Origin: Lambdavirus PDP110P1
Length of the DNA: 48,490 nucleotides
Sequence record: OZ035751.1
Direction: 5' to 3' (one strand)
The notes beneath the pieces are model-generated. The model was not told the origin of the DNA. It saw only the letters and a program-made list of their open reading frames with translations, and made no database searches. The position numbers and the translations under genes are program-made. Numbering within the stretch: position 1 is the first letter of the stretch; each line of letters starts with the position of its first letter. Shown piece by piece: positions 20,910 to 30,021 of this stretch.

Positions 20910-22205
20910 TTGAATAATTCAGCCATACCGTCACGTCTGACGGTTGTCTTTTCTGTGAGCGGCGATAAAAACACGATCCCGGTCAATTCCACCTCTGAAA
21001 CGCTGGCCGACGGCCTGGCGGCTATGGATTCCGGTTTCCCGCCGCTGACCCGTATCGCACTTTCTGCCGGCGGTAAGCCGCCAAAGGGTCAGGACTTTAA
21101 CGGCATTTTTAATGATCTTTACACTCGCCTGCAATGGTCGGATGCCGGGATGGGGTACCCCTTTAACGCAGATTTCAGAACAGCCATTTCAGGCTACCCT
21201 AAAGGTGCGGTGATCCCTTCCAGCGATTACTCGGTGTCGTGGCTCAACACCATTGACTCCAATAACACCGCACCGGAAAAAACCGATGCAACGGCATCTG
21301 GCTGGATGCCTTCATGGGGATGCGGAGCGGCCAGCATTTCAATATCGACGGCTAACGTTAACGCCACCGATCTGCAGGCTGCTAACCCACGGCTAATTCT
21401 CACCGGCGCGCTAACTGGCAACCGGGTCCTTTATCTTCCGCCCTGGGTGAAAGACTGGACCATCGAAAATAACTGCACCGGCAGCGCTTACTACGTTCAG
21501 TTAAGCACCAGGGCAGCGGGCGCAACGGTTGTCAGCAAGCCAGGCACAGTTACTCAAGTCCACTCCGATGGAATCAACGTAACCTCCCTTTCTACGCCTC
21601 ATGGAAACATCGCTTACGCAGTCAACGGGACATATTCGTTCGTCGTGCCTGCAGGGGTGACGCGTATTCGTTACACCGTGACGGGTGCAGGTGGATCGGG
21701 AAGCGGTTGTCAGGCGTCCTCCTCAAGTGAGTCCTATAGCGGTGGCGGGGGCGGGGCTGGAGGCACAGCAATAGGCTGGCTGGATGTTGTTCCGGGAACG
21801 ACCTTGTCAGTTGTTGTGGGCAAAGGCGGTGCAGCGGTTTTAGGTGCCGTATCCGGCAATGACGGTGGTGACTCTTCTTTGGGTGGGATCATCTTCGGTC
21901 GCGGCGGCAAAAAAGCCAACAAGGCCAGCATCGTGAACAGCGCCGGTGGTGATGGTGGTCTTGCATCAGGTGGCGATATCAACATTCAGGGTGGTACCGG
22001 TCAGGACGGCCAGGCAGCGACAAACATGCTTACCGGTTCTGGCGGTGCTTCGTTCTGGGGTGGTGGCGGACGTAGCGGCGCAACCGGCGGTGTGAAAGGG
22101 AAAGCAGCAGGCTCTGGCGGTGGTGGTGCTTACGATATTGATTTCAGCGGAATAGCTTACCCATCCGGCGATGGCGCCGATGGCATTGTGCATATCGAGT
22201 GGTAA
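20910..22205 (+). CDS. tail fibre protein with glycine-rich C-terminal domain
   Basis: 431 aa; TTG start with GGAGG RBS; C-terminal Gly-rich domain paralogous to that of 25986-27017. Confidence 0.55.
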   Translation: MNNSAIPSRLTVVFSVSGDKNTIPVNSTSETLADGLAAMDSGFPPLTRIALSAGGKPPKGQDFNGIFNDLYTRLQWSDAGMGYPFNADFRTAISGYPKGAVIPSSDYSVSWLNTIDSNNTAPEKTDATASGWMPSWGCGAASISISTANVNATDLQAANPRLILTGALTGNRVLYLPPWVKDWTIENNCTGSAYYVQLSTRAAGATVVSKPGTVTQVHSDGINVTSLSTPHGNIAYAVNGTYSFVVPAGVTRIRYTVTGAGGSGSGCQASSSSESYSGGGGGAGGTAIGWLDVVPGTTLSVVVGKGGAAVLGAVSGNDGGDSSLGGIIFGRGGKKANKASIVNSAGGDGGLASGGDINIQGGTGQDGQAATNMLTGSGGASFWGGGGRSGATGGVKGKAAGSGGGGAYDIDFSGIAYPSGDGADGIVHIEW

Positions 22206-22219
22206 TAACAGGAAAAATT

Positions 22220-25030
22220 ATGGCGACTACCGACACACAGCAAACGGCACAGTTCGCGGCAGAGGCTGCTGTTAGTGCCGCAGAGGCGAAGCAGTACTTG
22301 ATCGAGGTCCAGCAGGGCTATCAGGACATAAGCGCCACCACTCAGGAAGCGATTAATGCAGCCACAGCGGCAGAGGCGGCGAAGATCGCCGCAGAAACTG
22401 CTGAGCAAAATTCATCTACTTCGGCCGCAGCCTCATCCGAATCGGCAACGGCAGCCGCAGGTTCAGCAGCACAGGCTGAAGAGTATGCAAATAACGCTTC
22501 TGACTACGCACAGAATAAGTTCACGTTCTATAAGACTGCCAGCGATCCTGATGGCACCATTGCAGGGTTGGCAGCAACTACTGACGGCCAGTCGTTCTGG
22601 GTAGCTCAGGGGCCAGATGCGCTTTCTGCTGCATGGCAGTATCAAAACAATGCTGGCGTGGCCGTATTGCAGGCAAAGCAGCCAGGCACGGCAGCCATAA
22701 CCGGGACAATCCGCGAATTCCCCACGCTGGAGGCGGCACAGGATGATGCCGATGCCGGCAATATTCCTACAGGTTCAACTGCGTATTATCGAAGCGCTGA
22801 CGACGAAACTCTTGCGATTGAGGTTATTAACACTTCAGGAACGCTGCAGCCTACTGGACGAAAAATGCCATCCGCAATGCCAATGGGTTACCAGTCTGCT
22901 ACAGCTGTGAGTAGCGGTGCGGCTAATACCATTGCTATCACTATCCCCGGATTATTAGTGGATGGCAGTTTGATTTATTTCCTGTCTCCTATTTTGAATA
23001 CGGCGGCTGTTAGCGTTACCGTGACAGATGCCAGGGGGAACTCGGTTACTCGGGCAATACAGAAACAAAATAATGCAGCTTTAGTTGGGAATGAGTTGCT
23101 TCTCAATCAGCCCGCACTGATGGAATTCCGCACTGGGACTGCTAACAATTTTGTCCTTGTGGCATCCGGCCCAGTAGCTGCTGAACTTGCGTCAAGAATT
23201 TCCACGCTTGAATTAAATAGCGTAGCGTTATTGTCTGGCGTTGCTAATACTGCGGACGCCTACACCGCGTCAGCGTCAGCGATACCAGGCCTGGTTGCCT
23301 CTGACCGCGTTTTCCTTTTCACTCCGAGTGCGACGAACACGACACGGACGCCGACCTTATCCGTGAATGGCGGCACTGCGCGCCAGATCAAACAGGCGAA
23401 TGGTACCAACGTCGCAGCGGGAGACCTGGTCTCTGGCTACCCTTATTTATTAAAATTCAATTTTGCATCGGCTGACTTTCGTATGCTCACATACCCAGCG
23501 GACCGGACGCGTCTGCTCAGCGGCCAGCAGAAGGCCACCGTAACCAGTGACGCAACAAGCCCGAACGCTATATCTTTAACAATCCCGGGCCTTATCGCGG
23601 ACGGCACACAAATCACATTCGAGCCAGCTGTCACCAATACCGGGGCGGTGACGCTGCTAATCACCAACATGTATGGCGACACCGTGACTCGCACCCTGAT
23701 GAAAGGGGCTAACACTCCTCTCGTCGGTGGTGAACTGAAGTACGCCATGCCGGTTTCTATCATGTTCAGGGGGGCTCCACAGAACAACTTTAAGCTCCTA
23801 TATGCTGGCGACCCTACCACGGATATACAGACCCTATCGAACGACGTTACGACGCTCAAGGGGTCGCTGACAGACCCTTATGCTGCTCTGGCGGATAAAC
23901 TCGTGGGCACCGGGGTATTATCAGACCAGTCACCATTCGGTACTATAACTTGGTCCGCGGGGGTTAAGAGCGTCACTAAGCGGCAGATCATTTGTACGTC
24001 TGTCGGGTCTTCTGTTGGCGTTGGGGCCGGCTCTACTGGCGGTGGTGCGGCAGGTGCCGCTTATGCACCGAACACACTGTTCGTCAACGCCTTGAAGGAA
24101 GAGCTTAAACAGTACGGCGAGTTTGACGTCATCGATGACAACCAGTGCATACCAACTCAGGCGATTCAGCAGTTCGCTGCCCAGCTAGCGAATTCGCCTT
24201 ATTCAACCTCCGACTTTGTTTTGATTGTAGGGGGGATGAATGATGCGCCAGTTGGTAACTTCAACATGGGGCGCACATTCCCCGGTCAACAAACGTCTCT
24301 CGAGTCGCTGGTAGACTTGTGTCTGGCACGAGGAGCGATTCCAATCATTTGCACTACTCCACATCATAATGTGGAAATGTCTCAGACGTACCCCACAATC
24401 CCCGGTGGTAACCCGCTGTTCTGGCCGTTCAGGACATATAATGTCACAAGTACATATGTCTTCGACGCCGTTGCAAATACCATCACGCAGAGTAACTTTG
24501 CTAACCCGAATTATGGCGGCAATATTCTGAAGCCGGGGCATACTCTGCGCGTAGAAAGTGGAGACAATATCGGCAACTATACTATCACGGCCATTTCCTC
24601 TGACCGGAATACCATAACCGTCCAAGAGACAATCCCGGTAAGTGGAAGCTACTCGACAACGGTCAGACACTTTAACCTGCAGTCCATCGCTGAGGATATT
24701 CTTTACCCTGCACCGTCGGTTTCCTTTGTAACAAAAGACTGGTCCGGTAGCGGCGTTAAGGTACAGGGAGATGTGCGGTTCGAAATGGTGAATAATATGC
24801 AAAGGGTCGTCGCACGCAAAAAAGGCGCGTTCCTCGCAGACTGTGAAAAGTCGTTCTTTAAGTATGGTGTAGAGGTTGGTGGTTACTCGTCGGTATATAA
24901 CGTCCCAGCTGGAAACTACAATCACATGAACGATAACGGGTACACAGTAACTTTCGACTACACGCTGAAAGTCGCAGCAAGGAAGATTGCCAATCTCATA
25001 TTCGGAGATAAATATTACTCTGCAGCATAA
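22220..25030 (+). CDS. tail fibre/tailspike with SGNH/GDSL-hydrolase-like domain
   Basis: ~936 aa from ATG 22220; Ala-rich coiled-coil N-terminus typical of fibres; GDSL-like segment (…ICTSVGSSVG…LIVGGMNDA…). Confidence 0.5.
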   Translation: MATTDTQQTAQFAAEAAVSAAEAKQYLIEVQQGYQDISATTQEAINAATAAEAAKIAAETAEQNSSTSAAASSESATAAAGSAAQAEEYANNASDYAQNKFTFYKTASDPDGTIAGLAATTDGQSFWVAQGPDALSAAWQYQNNAGVAVLQAKQPGTAAITGTIREFPTLEAAQDDADAGNIPTGSTAYYRSADDETLAIEVINTSGTLQPTGRKMPSAMPMGYQSATAVSSGAANTIAITIPGLLVDGSLIYFLSPILNTAAVSVTVTDARGNSVTRAIQKQNNAALVGNELLLNQPALMEFRTGTANNFVLVASGPVAAELASRISTLELNSVALLSGVANTADAYTASASAIPGLVASDRVFLFTPSATNTTRTPTLSVNGGTARQIKQANGTNVAAGDLVSGYPYLLKFNFASADFRMLTYPADRTRLLSGQQKATVTSDATSPNAISLTIPGLIADGTQITFEPAVTNTGAVTLLITNMYGDTVTRTLMKGANTPLVGGELKYAMPVSIMFRGAPQNNFKLLYAGDPTTDIQTLSNDVTTLKGSLTDPYAALADKLVGTGVLSDQSPFGTITWSAGVKSVTKRQIICTSVGSSVGVGAGSTGGGAAGAAYAPNTLFVNALKEELKQYGEFDVIDDNQCIPTQAIQQFAAQLANSPYSTSDFVLIVGGMNDAPVGNFNMGRTFPGQQTSLESLVDLCLARGAIPIICTTPHHNVEMSQTYPTIPGGNPLFWPFRTYNVTSTYVFDAVANTITQSNFANPNYGGNILKPGHTLRVESGDNIGNYTITAISSDRNTITVQETIPVSGSYSTTVRHFNLQSIAEDILYPAPSVSFVTKDWSGSGVKVQGDVRFEMVNNMQRVVARKKGAFLADCEKSFFKYGVEVGGYSSVYNVPAGNYNHMNDNGYTVTFDYTLKVAARKIANLIFGDKYYSAA

Positions 25031-25417
25031 GGAATTATCATGGCTTTTAAAATTTCAGCAGTAAAACTGTCCAGATTTATTATCTCGGAGGATTTCTGTG
25101 TGAAAAGGATATCGGTATTGACCTCATTTACTCAGTAGAAAGCGTCAGGCAGGATGATGCAGGTCAAGTTAAAGCCTCAGTATCTGTTCGATATAATGAT
25201 GCGTCCAGAGTTAACGCTGGAGAGTATGCGGTAACTCTGGACACTTCGTCATCAAAACCGTGGACAGAACAGGCTGAGCAGCAACTTATGCAAGCTGAAG
25301 AGTTTGCTGGGGCAGTTGTCCTGTAACCACAAAAAAAACCTACGCAGACTGAACTGGGTTGACTGCCCTCCGATAAAACTACTGTATATAACAACAGTGT
25401 TTATCGGAGGGCAGATC

Positions 25418-25657
25418 ATGCTTCGACAGTCAGACATCGCCGCGGCTTTCCGCGAGTCCATTTTGCGCAGTTCCAAGGGGTTCCAGTACCTCCACACCCG
25501 CGACTTCGTTACCGCGCTTCGCCGGCGTGGCATCCATTTTTCCGAGGTGGAGGCGAACTCCTGGATCGCACGCGAGCAGACGTATTTCGTCGATAAGACG
25601 CCGGACCATAGCGAAAACAGGCTGTGGATGATGGCCAACATGGGGAGGGTGATCTAA
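25418..25657 (+). CDS. hypothetical protein
   Basis: 79 aa from ATG 25418; its RBS GGAGG lies in the 3' arm of a 15-bp perfect hairpin. Confidence 0.4.
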   Translation: MLRQSDIAAAFRESILRSSKGFQYLHTRDFVTALRRRGIHFSEVEANSWIAREQTYFVDKTPDHSENRLWMMANMGRVI

Positions 25658-25974
25658 TGGGATTCCCTTCACCAGCGACGGACTACGTTGAGCAAAGGTT
25701 GTCTGTTAACTCGATCTGCAATGTCGGCCCAAACACGCTAGTTTTCGAGCGATCTGGCGGTTACGTTGTGCTGGATATCTCCCTGAAGCCAAAGCAGGGT
25801 AGTCAGGTTCTTATCCAGCACGGCGGCGGGACGGAGCTTGCCACGCTGAGAGGAAAGTCACTGATTACTGAAGATGGTGAAGCGATCGAGGGCGAAGCCC
25901 TGGACGATGTTACTGTCATCGGCGTCGTGACGTTTACTATCTGCGATGTTCGTTCCGATAATTCTATTATTTAA
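25657..25974 (+). CDS. hypothetical protein
   Basis: 105 aa; RBS GGGGAGGG; TAATG overlap with upstream gene; directly upstream of third tail fibre. Confidence 0.4.
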   Translation: MGFPSPATDYVEQRLSVNSICNVGPNTLVFERSGGYVVLDISLKPKQGSQVLIQHGGGTELATLRGKSLITEDGEAIEGEALDDVTVIGVVTFTICDVRSDNSII

Positions 25975-25985
25975 CTGGGGTATAT

Positions 25986-27017
25986 ATGGCGCTGAAGCTA
26001 TTAGCCAATAATAACGCAAAGAGTGTTCTCGCTGCGGGTATTAGCGCGTCCGCTACCGTTATTACCGTGGGTACTGGAGCTGGGTCTTTATTCCCGTCCC
26101 CTGTATCTGGGCAGAGTTATTTCAAATTAACGATAACCGACGCGGCCACGAAAACAATTTCTGAAATTATGCACGTCACGTCTGTATCCGGTGACGTGAT
26201 GACAGTAATTCGTGGTCAGGAAGGAACTACGGCACGCGTATGGTCAACGAATGACATTGTCGCGAATTTAATGACCGCCGGATCATTGTTGTCGTTCCTG
26301 CAGATCAGCAATAACCTGTCAGAAATTAAAGATGCCGGTGAGGATGCGATAAATGAAGCCCGTTATAACCTCGGAATATCTGATTCCTCTGGTTTTGTCG
26401 GGCGTTCACTTGGCGCTCCAAAAGCTTTCTATGCAAACGGAACCTATACGCGATCTCCTCTGGCCCGTTATGCAAAAGTAACGTTGACCGGTGCCGGTGG
26501 CGGCGGTGGCGGCTGCCAGGCCTCCAACAATACAGAAACCTTCTCCGGTGCTGGCGGCGGCGCGGGCGCGACCATTATCGTATGGGTTGACCTGTCTGCT
26601 GCCAGTTCTTATGCGATTACTGTCGGCAAGGGTGGTAAGGGCGGAGTTGGCGCAGTAAGTGGTGCGGATGGTGGGGCCACCTCGTTTGCCAGCCTGTTCT
26701 CAGCTCCTGGCGGGAAAGGAGGAGTGAAGTCAGGCGTGTCCAATACCGCCGGCGGCGCCGGAGGTACGGCGGCGACCGGAGATATCAGGATCAACGGTGG
26801 TACCGGCTCAGATGGACAGACAGGCTCAAGCCTTCTGACGGGCAACGGCGGGGCGTCGTATTTTGGCGGCGGTGGCCGGGCGGGTTCTCAGGCCGGTATT
26901 GCTGGCGCAGCTCCCGGATCCGGTGGTGGTGGCGCGTATGACCTTGGGTTTACCGGTACGGCATTTACCGGTGGTGATGGTGCTACTGGCATGGCGATCG
27001 TGGAAGAATTCGCGTAA
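25986..27017 (+). CDS. tail fibre protein with glycine-rich C-terminal domain
   Basis: 343 aa; C-terminal ~170 aa paralogous to C-terminus of 20910-22205. Confidence 0.55.
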   Translation: MALKLLANNNAKSVLAAGISASATVITVGTGAGSLFPSPVSGQSYFKLTITDAATKTISEIMHVTSVSGDVMTVIRGQEGTTARVWSTNDIVANLMTAGSLLSFLQISNNLSEIKDAGEDAINEARYNLGISDSSGFVGRSLGAPKAFYANGTYTRSPLARYAKVTLTGAGGGGGGCQASNNTETFSGAGGGAGATIIVWVDLSAASSYAITVGKGGKGGVGAVSGADGGATSFASLFSAPGGKGGVKSGVSNTAGGAGGTAATGDIRINGGTGSDGQTGSSLLTGNGGASYFGGGGRAGSQAGIAGAAPGSGGGGAYDLGFTGTAFTGGDGATGMAIVEEFA

Positions 27018-27159
27018 TGGCTTACACTCCTGCACGACCATCGATGTAATCAGCCCACCACTGCATCATCTACCTGCGCTTATCGAGATACTGAGCATGG
27101 TTGTAAATTCAACTAACCCAGTGCATTGACAAAAAATTAGCGCAAGAAGACAAAAAATC

Positions 27160-27420
27160 ACCTTGCGCTAATGCTCTGTTACAGGTCACTAATACCATCT
27201 AAGTGGTTGATTCATAGTGACTGGATATGTTGTGTTTTGTAGTATTATGCAGTCTATTATTTAGACTAAATCTTTCATAACATATTGATATTTACAGTGT
27301 TTTCTGTTTATTGTTCAGCTTTTTTATACTAAGTTGGCATTATAAAAAAGCATTGCTTATCAATTTGTTGCAACGAACAGGTCACTATCAGTCAAAATAA
27401 AATCATTATTTGATTTCAAT
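27160..27420. other. attP: attP (lambda-type; core 27318-27332)
   Basis: lambda core GCTTTTTTATACTAA with flanking lambda arm sequence (…ACAGGTCACTA…), adjacent to int. Confidence 0.85.
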
Positions 27421-28476
27421 TTTGTCCCACTCCCTGCCTCTGTCATCACGATACTGTGATGCCATGGTGTCCGACTTATGCCCGAGAAGATGTTGAGCAA
27501 ATTTATCGCTTATCTGCTTCTCATAGAGTCTTGCAGACAAACTGCGCAACTCGTGAAAGGTTGGCGGATCCCCTTCGAAGGAGAGACCTGATGCTTTTCG
27601 TGCGCGCATAAAATACCTTGATACTGTGCCGGATGAAAGCGGTTCACGACGAGTAGATGCAATTATGGTTTCTCCGCCAAGAATCTTTTTGCATTTATCA
27701 AGTGTTTCCTTCATTGATATCCCGAGAGCATCAACATGCAATGTTGTTGGGATAGCAATTTTTACGCCTGTTTTGCTTTGCTCGACATAAAGATATCCAT
27801 CTACGATATCAGACCACTTCATTTCGCATAAATCACCAACTCGCTGCCCGGTAACAACAGCCAGTTCCATTGCAAGTCTAAGCCAACATGGTGATGATTC
27901 TGCTGCTTGATAAATTTTCAGGTATTCGTCAGCCGTAAGTCTTGATCTCCTTACCTCTGATTTTGCAGCGCGAGTGGCTGCGACCGGGTTTGTTGTTATA
28001 TGGCCTTCAGCTATAGCCTCTCGGAATGCATCGCTCAGTGTTGATCTGATTAACTTGGCTGATGCCGCCTTGCCCTCGTCTATGTATCCATTGAGCATTG
28101 CCGCAATTTCTTTTGTGGTGATGTCTTCAAGTGGAGCATCAGGCAGACCCCTCCTTATTGCTTTAATTTTGCTCATGTAATTTATGAGTGTCTTCTGCTT
28201 GATTCCTCTGCTGGCCAGGATTTTTTCGTAGCGATCAAGCCATGAATGTAACGTAACGGAATTATCACTGTTGATTCTCGCTGTCAGAGGCTTGTGTTTG
28301 TGTCCTGAAAATAACTCAATGTTGGCCTGTATAGCTTCAGTGATTGCGATTCGCCTGTCTCGGCCTAATCCAAACTCTTTACCCGTCCTTGGGTCCCTGT
28401 AGCAGTAATATCCATTGTTTCTTATATAAAGGTTAGGTGGTAAATCCCGGCGCTCATGACTTCGCCTTCTTCCCAT
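27406..28476 (-). CDS. int: integrase (lambda Int, tyrosine recombinase)
   Basis: 356-aa protein MGRRRSHERRDLPPNLYIRNNGYYCYRDPRTGKEF…, recognised as lambda Int. Confidence 0.95.
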   Translation of the reverse strand: MGRRRSHERRDLPPNLYIRNNGYYCYRDPRTGKEFGLGRDRRIAITEAIQANIELFSGHKHKPLTARINSDNSVTLHSWLDRYEKILASRGIKQKTLINYMSKIKAIRRGLPDAPLEDITTKEIAAMLNGYIDEGKAASAKLIRSTLSDAFREAIAEGHITTNPVAATRAAKSEVRRSRLTADEYLKIYQAAESSPCWLRLAMELAVVTGQRVGDLCEMKWSDIVDGYLYVEQSKTGVKIAIPTTLHVDALGISMKETLDKCKKILGGETIIASTRREPLSSGTVSRYFMRARKASGLSFEGDPPTFHELRSLSARLYEKQISDKFAQHLLGHKSDTMASQYRDDRGREWDKIEIK

Positions 28477-28672
28477 TTCTGATCCTCTTCAAAAGGCTAC
28501 CTGTTACTGGTCGATTTAAGTCAACCTTTACCGCTGATTCGTGGAACAGATACTCTCTTCCATCCTTAACCGGAGGAGGGAATATCCTGCACTCGCGTAC
28601 CCATCGACGAACTGTTTCAAGGCTTCTTGGGCGTCGCTGGCGAGCGTTCCACTCCTGAAGTGTCAAGTACAT
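28454..28672 (-). CDS. xis: excisionase Xis
   Basis: 72 aa MYLTLQEWNARQRRPRSLETVRRWVRECRIFPP…; overlaps int start as in lambda. Confidence 0.9.
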   Translation of the reverse strand: MYLTLQEWNARQRRPRSLETVRRWVRECRIFPPPVKDGREYLFHESAVKVDLNRPVTGSLLKRIRNGKKAKS

Positions 28673-28757
28673 CGCAAAGTCTCCGCAATTACTCGCAAGG
28701 GAACGAGTAGTGGTTGATTTTTCTCCAACAAAAAAGGAGCCGAAGCTCCTTTGATGA

Positions 28758-29381
28758 TTAAAATTCGAATTGTCTCGCCCGAAGGCTTTTCAACATTGGT
28801 CTTGCCCGTTCGAAAACGGCGCTTGTCTGGTCAAGTCGTGTCGCCTCCCTGAGCAGTACATCTCTGTTTTTCGTCACCGCATAGAAGGTTTCAAACGCAA
28901 TGTCATACAGCTTACTCGCGTATGATGAGTTAAGTTCCTTCATTATCGGGTACAGGAGTTTGCAGATGTCCTGTGCATTCTCCATCTGTACCTGCATGTA
29001 GCAGAGGAGGATGATTTCCTCGTCTGTGAATTGCTGCGCTGGTTGCATGCTGCGAAGTTTCTTTTCGCACTCGATGAAGTATCGGCGTATCTGGCGGCCT
29101 TTTTCGTTGCGCTCCACCATAGCCAGTTCTTTGGCTGTATCGAGGGTGAGGTGGTAGTCCTTGCGGTTGTGACCGCCTCTACCAGATGTTTGCTTTCCCA
29201 AATTGGAAAGCAAAATATAGTCTTGATTTTCAATGAATTTGTATTCTGAAATGCGATTTGTAATCCATGCCGCAAACACCTTTTTCACGCCTAAAAAAGC
29301 ATGCAGATCGCGGGCATTGCAGAGTAGGGCTGTTTCGTTGGCGATAGTGCCGTTGAATACGGGGATGAGTTGACTGGTCAT
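28758..29381 (-). CDS. antirepressor-like protein (AntA/ORF6N-type N-terminal domain)
   Basis: 207 aa from ATG 29381 with RBS AAAGGAGG; N-terminal domain resembles the phage antirepressor/Bro-N family. Confidence 0.5.
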   Translation of the reverse strand: MTSQLIPVFNGTIANETALLCNARDLHAFLGVKKVFAAWITNRISEYKFIENQDYILLSNLGKQTSGRGGHNRKDYHLTLDTAKELAMVERNEKGRQIRRYFIECEKKLRSMQPAQQFTDEEIILLCYMQVQMENAQDICKLLYPIMKELNSSYASKLYDIAFETFYAVTKNRDVLLREATRLDQTSAVFERARPMLKSLRARQFEF

Positions 29382-29736
29382 GATGACCTCCTTTGAAGTT
29401 TTAGTTAGCAATCACCAGTTAGTGGCTGGTGATCGGGTGTCAACTAGAGCCTTCAAAGATGCTCCGGGCATATTCCCCTTGCGGGTATTGTATTACGCCT
29501 CTCCACCCGACCTTTGTACGGATGTGACTATGCCAAATTGCAGGCATAAAAAAGCCGCAAAGCTATCGGGTGCGGATGACCGCTTTGAAGTTCTAGTGCG
29601 GTCAGTATGCGATAGCTCTGGCGGATTTGTCAAATCATGTGGTCTTTATCTTGCTGTAAGCCGCGCCATTCGGGATTTTCCCCAAATTTGGGGGAAACTA
29701 TCTGCGAAGTATTCACCTTTGACGGCAAGTTTCAGG

Positions 29737-30021
29737 TTAGCCACGACCTTCCTCCTTTGGCTTGTGAATTTGTATCGTCATGCCGCTTTGAGTGGTGACT
29801 ACAATGACAGAACCAGGCTGAAGGCTGTTAAGATTGAATGCTTCGTAAAACGAATCCAATGCCAGTGCTTTTTTATTCTTTCGGTCCCACCAACGCCATC
29901 CCTTGCTACAGGCTACACTGACAATCCACTGTCCACTCCTGTAAGCCATATAAAACCAGATGAGCAAAACCTGAAGGAAGACTATCCAGTCAATAATCGT
30001 ATATTTCGCGAAGGAGTCCAT
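29737..30021 (-). CDS. small membrane protein
   Basis: 94 aa; N-terminal hydrophobic helix; ATGA overlap with upstream gene. Confidence 0.4.
   Translation of the reverse strand: MDSFAKYTIIDWIVFLQVLLIWFYMAYRSGQWIVSVACSKGWRWWDRKNKKALALDSFYEAFNLNSLQPGSVIVVTTQSGMTIQIHKPKEEGRG

Noticed and set aside
22356-22604. 82-aa Arg/Gln-rich ORF in an alternative frame of the large tail-fibre gene
   Set aside because: Out-of-frame reading of the Ala-rich coiled-coil region (GCN-rich codons).
20910-27017. Diversity-generating retroelement targeting the tail fibres
   Set aside because: No reverse transcriptase ORF and no template-repeat/variable-repeat pair; the similarity between fibre C-termini is at the protein-domain level.
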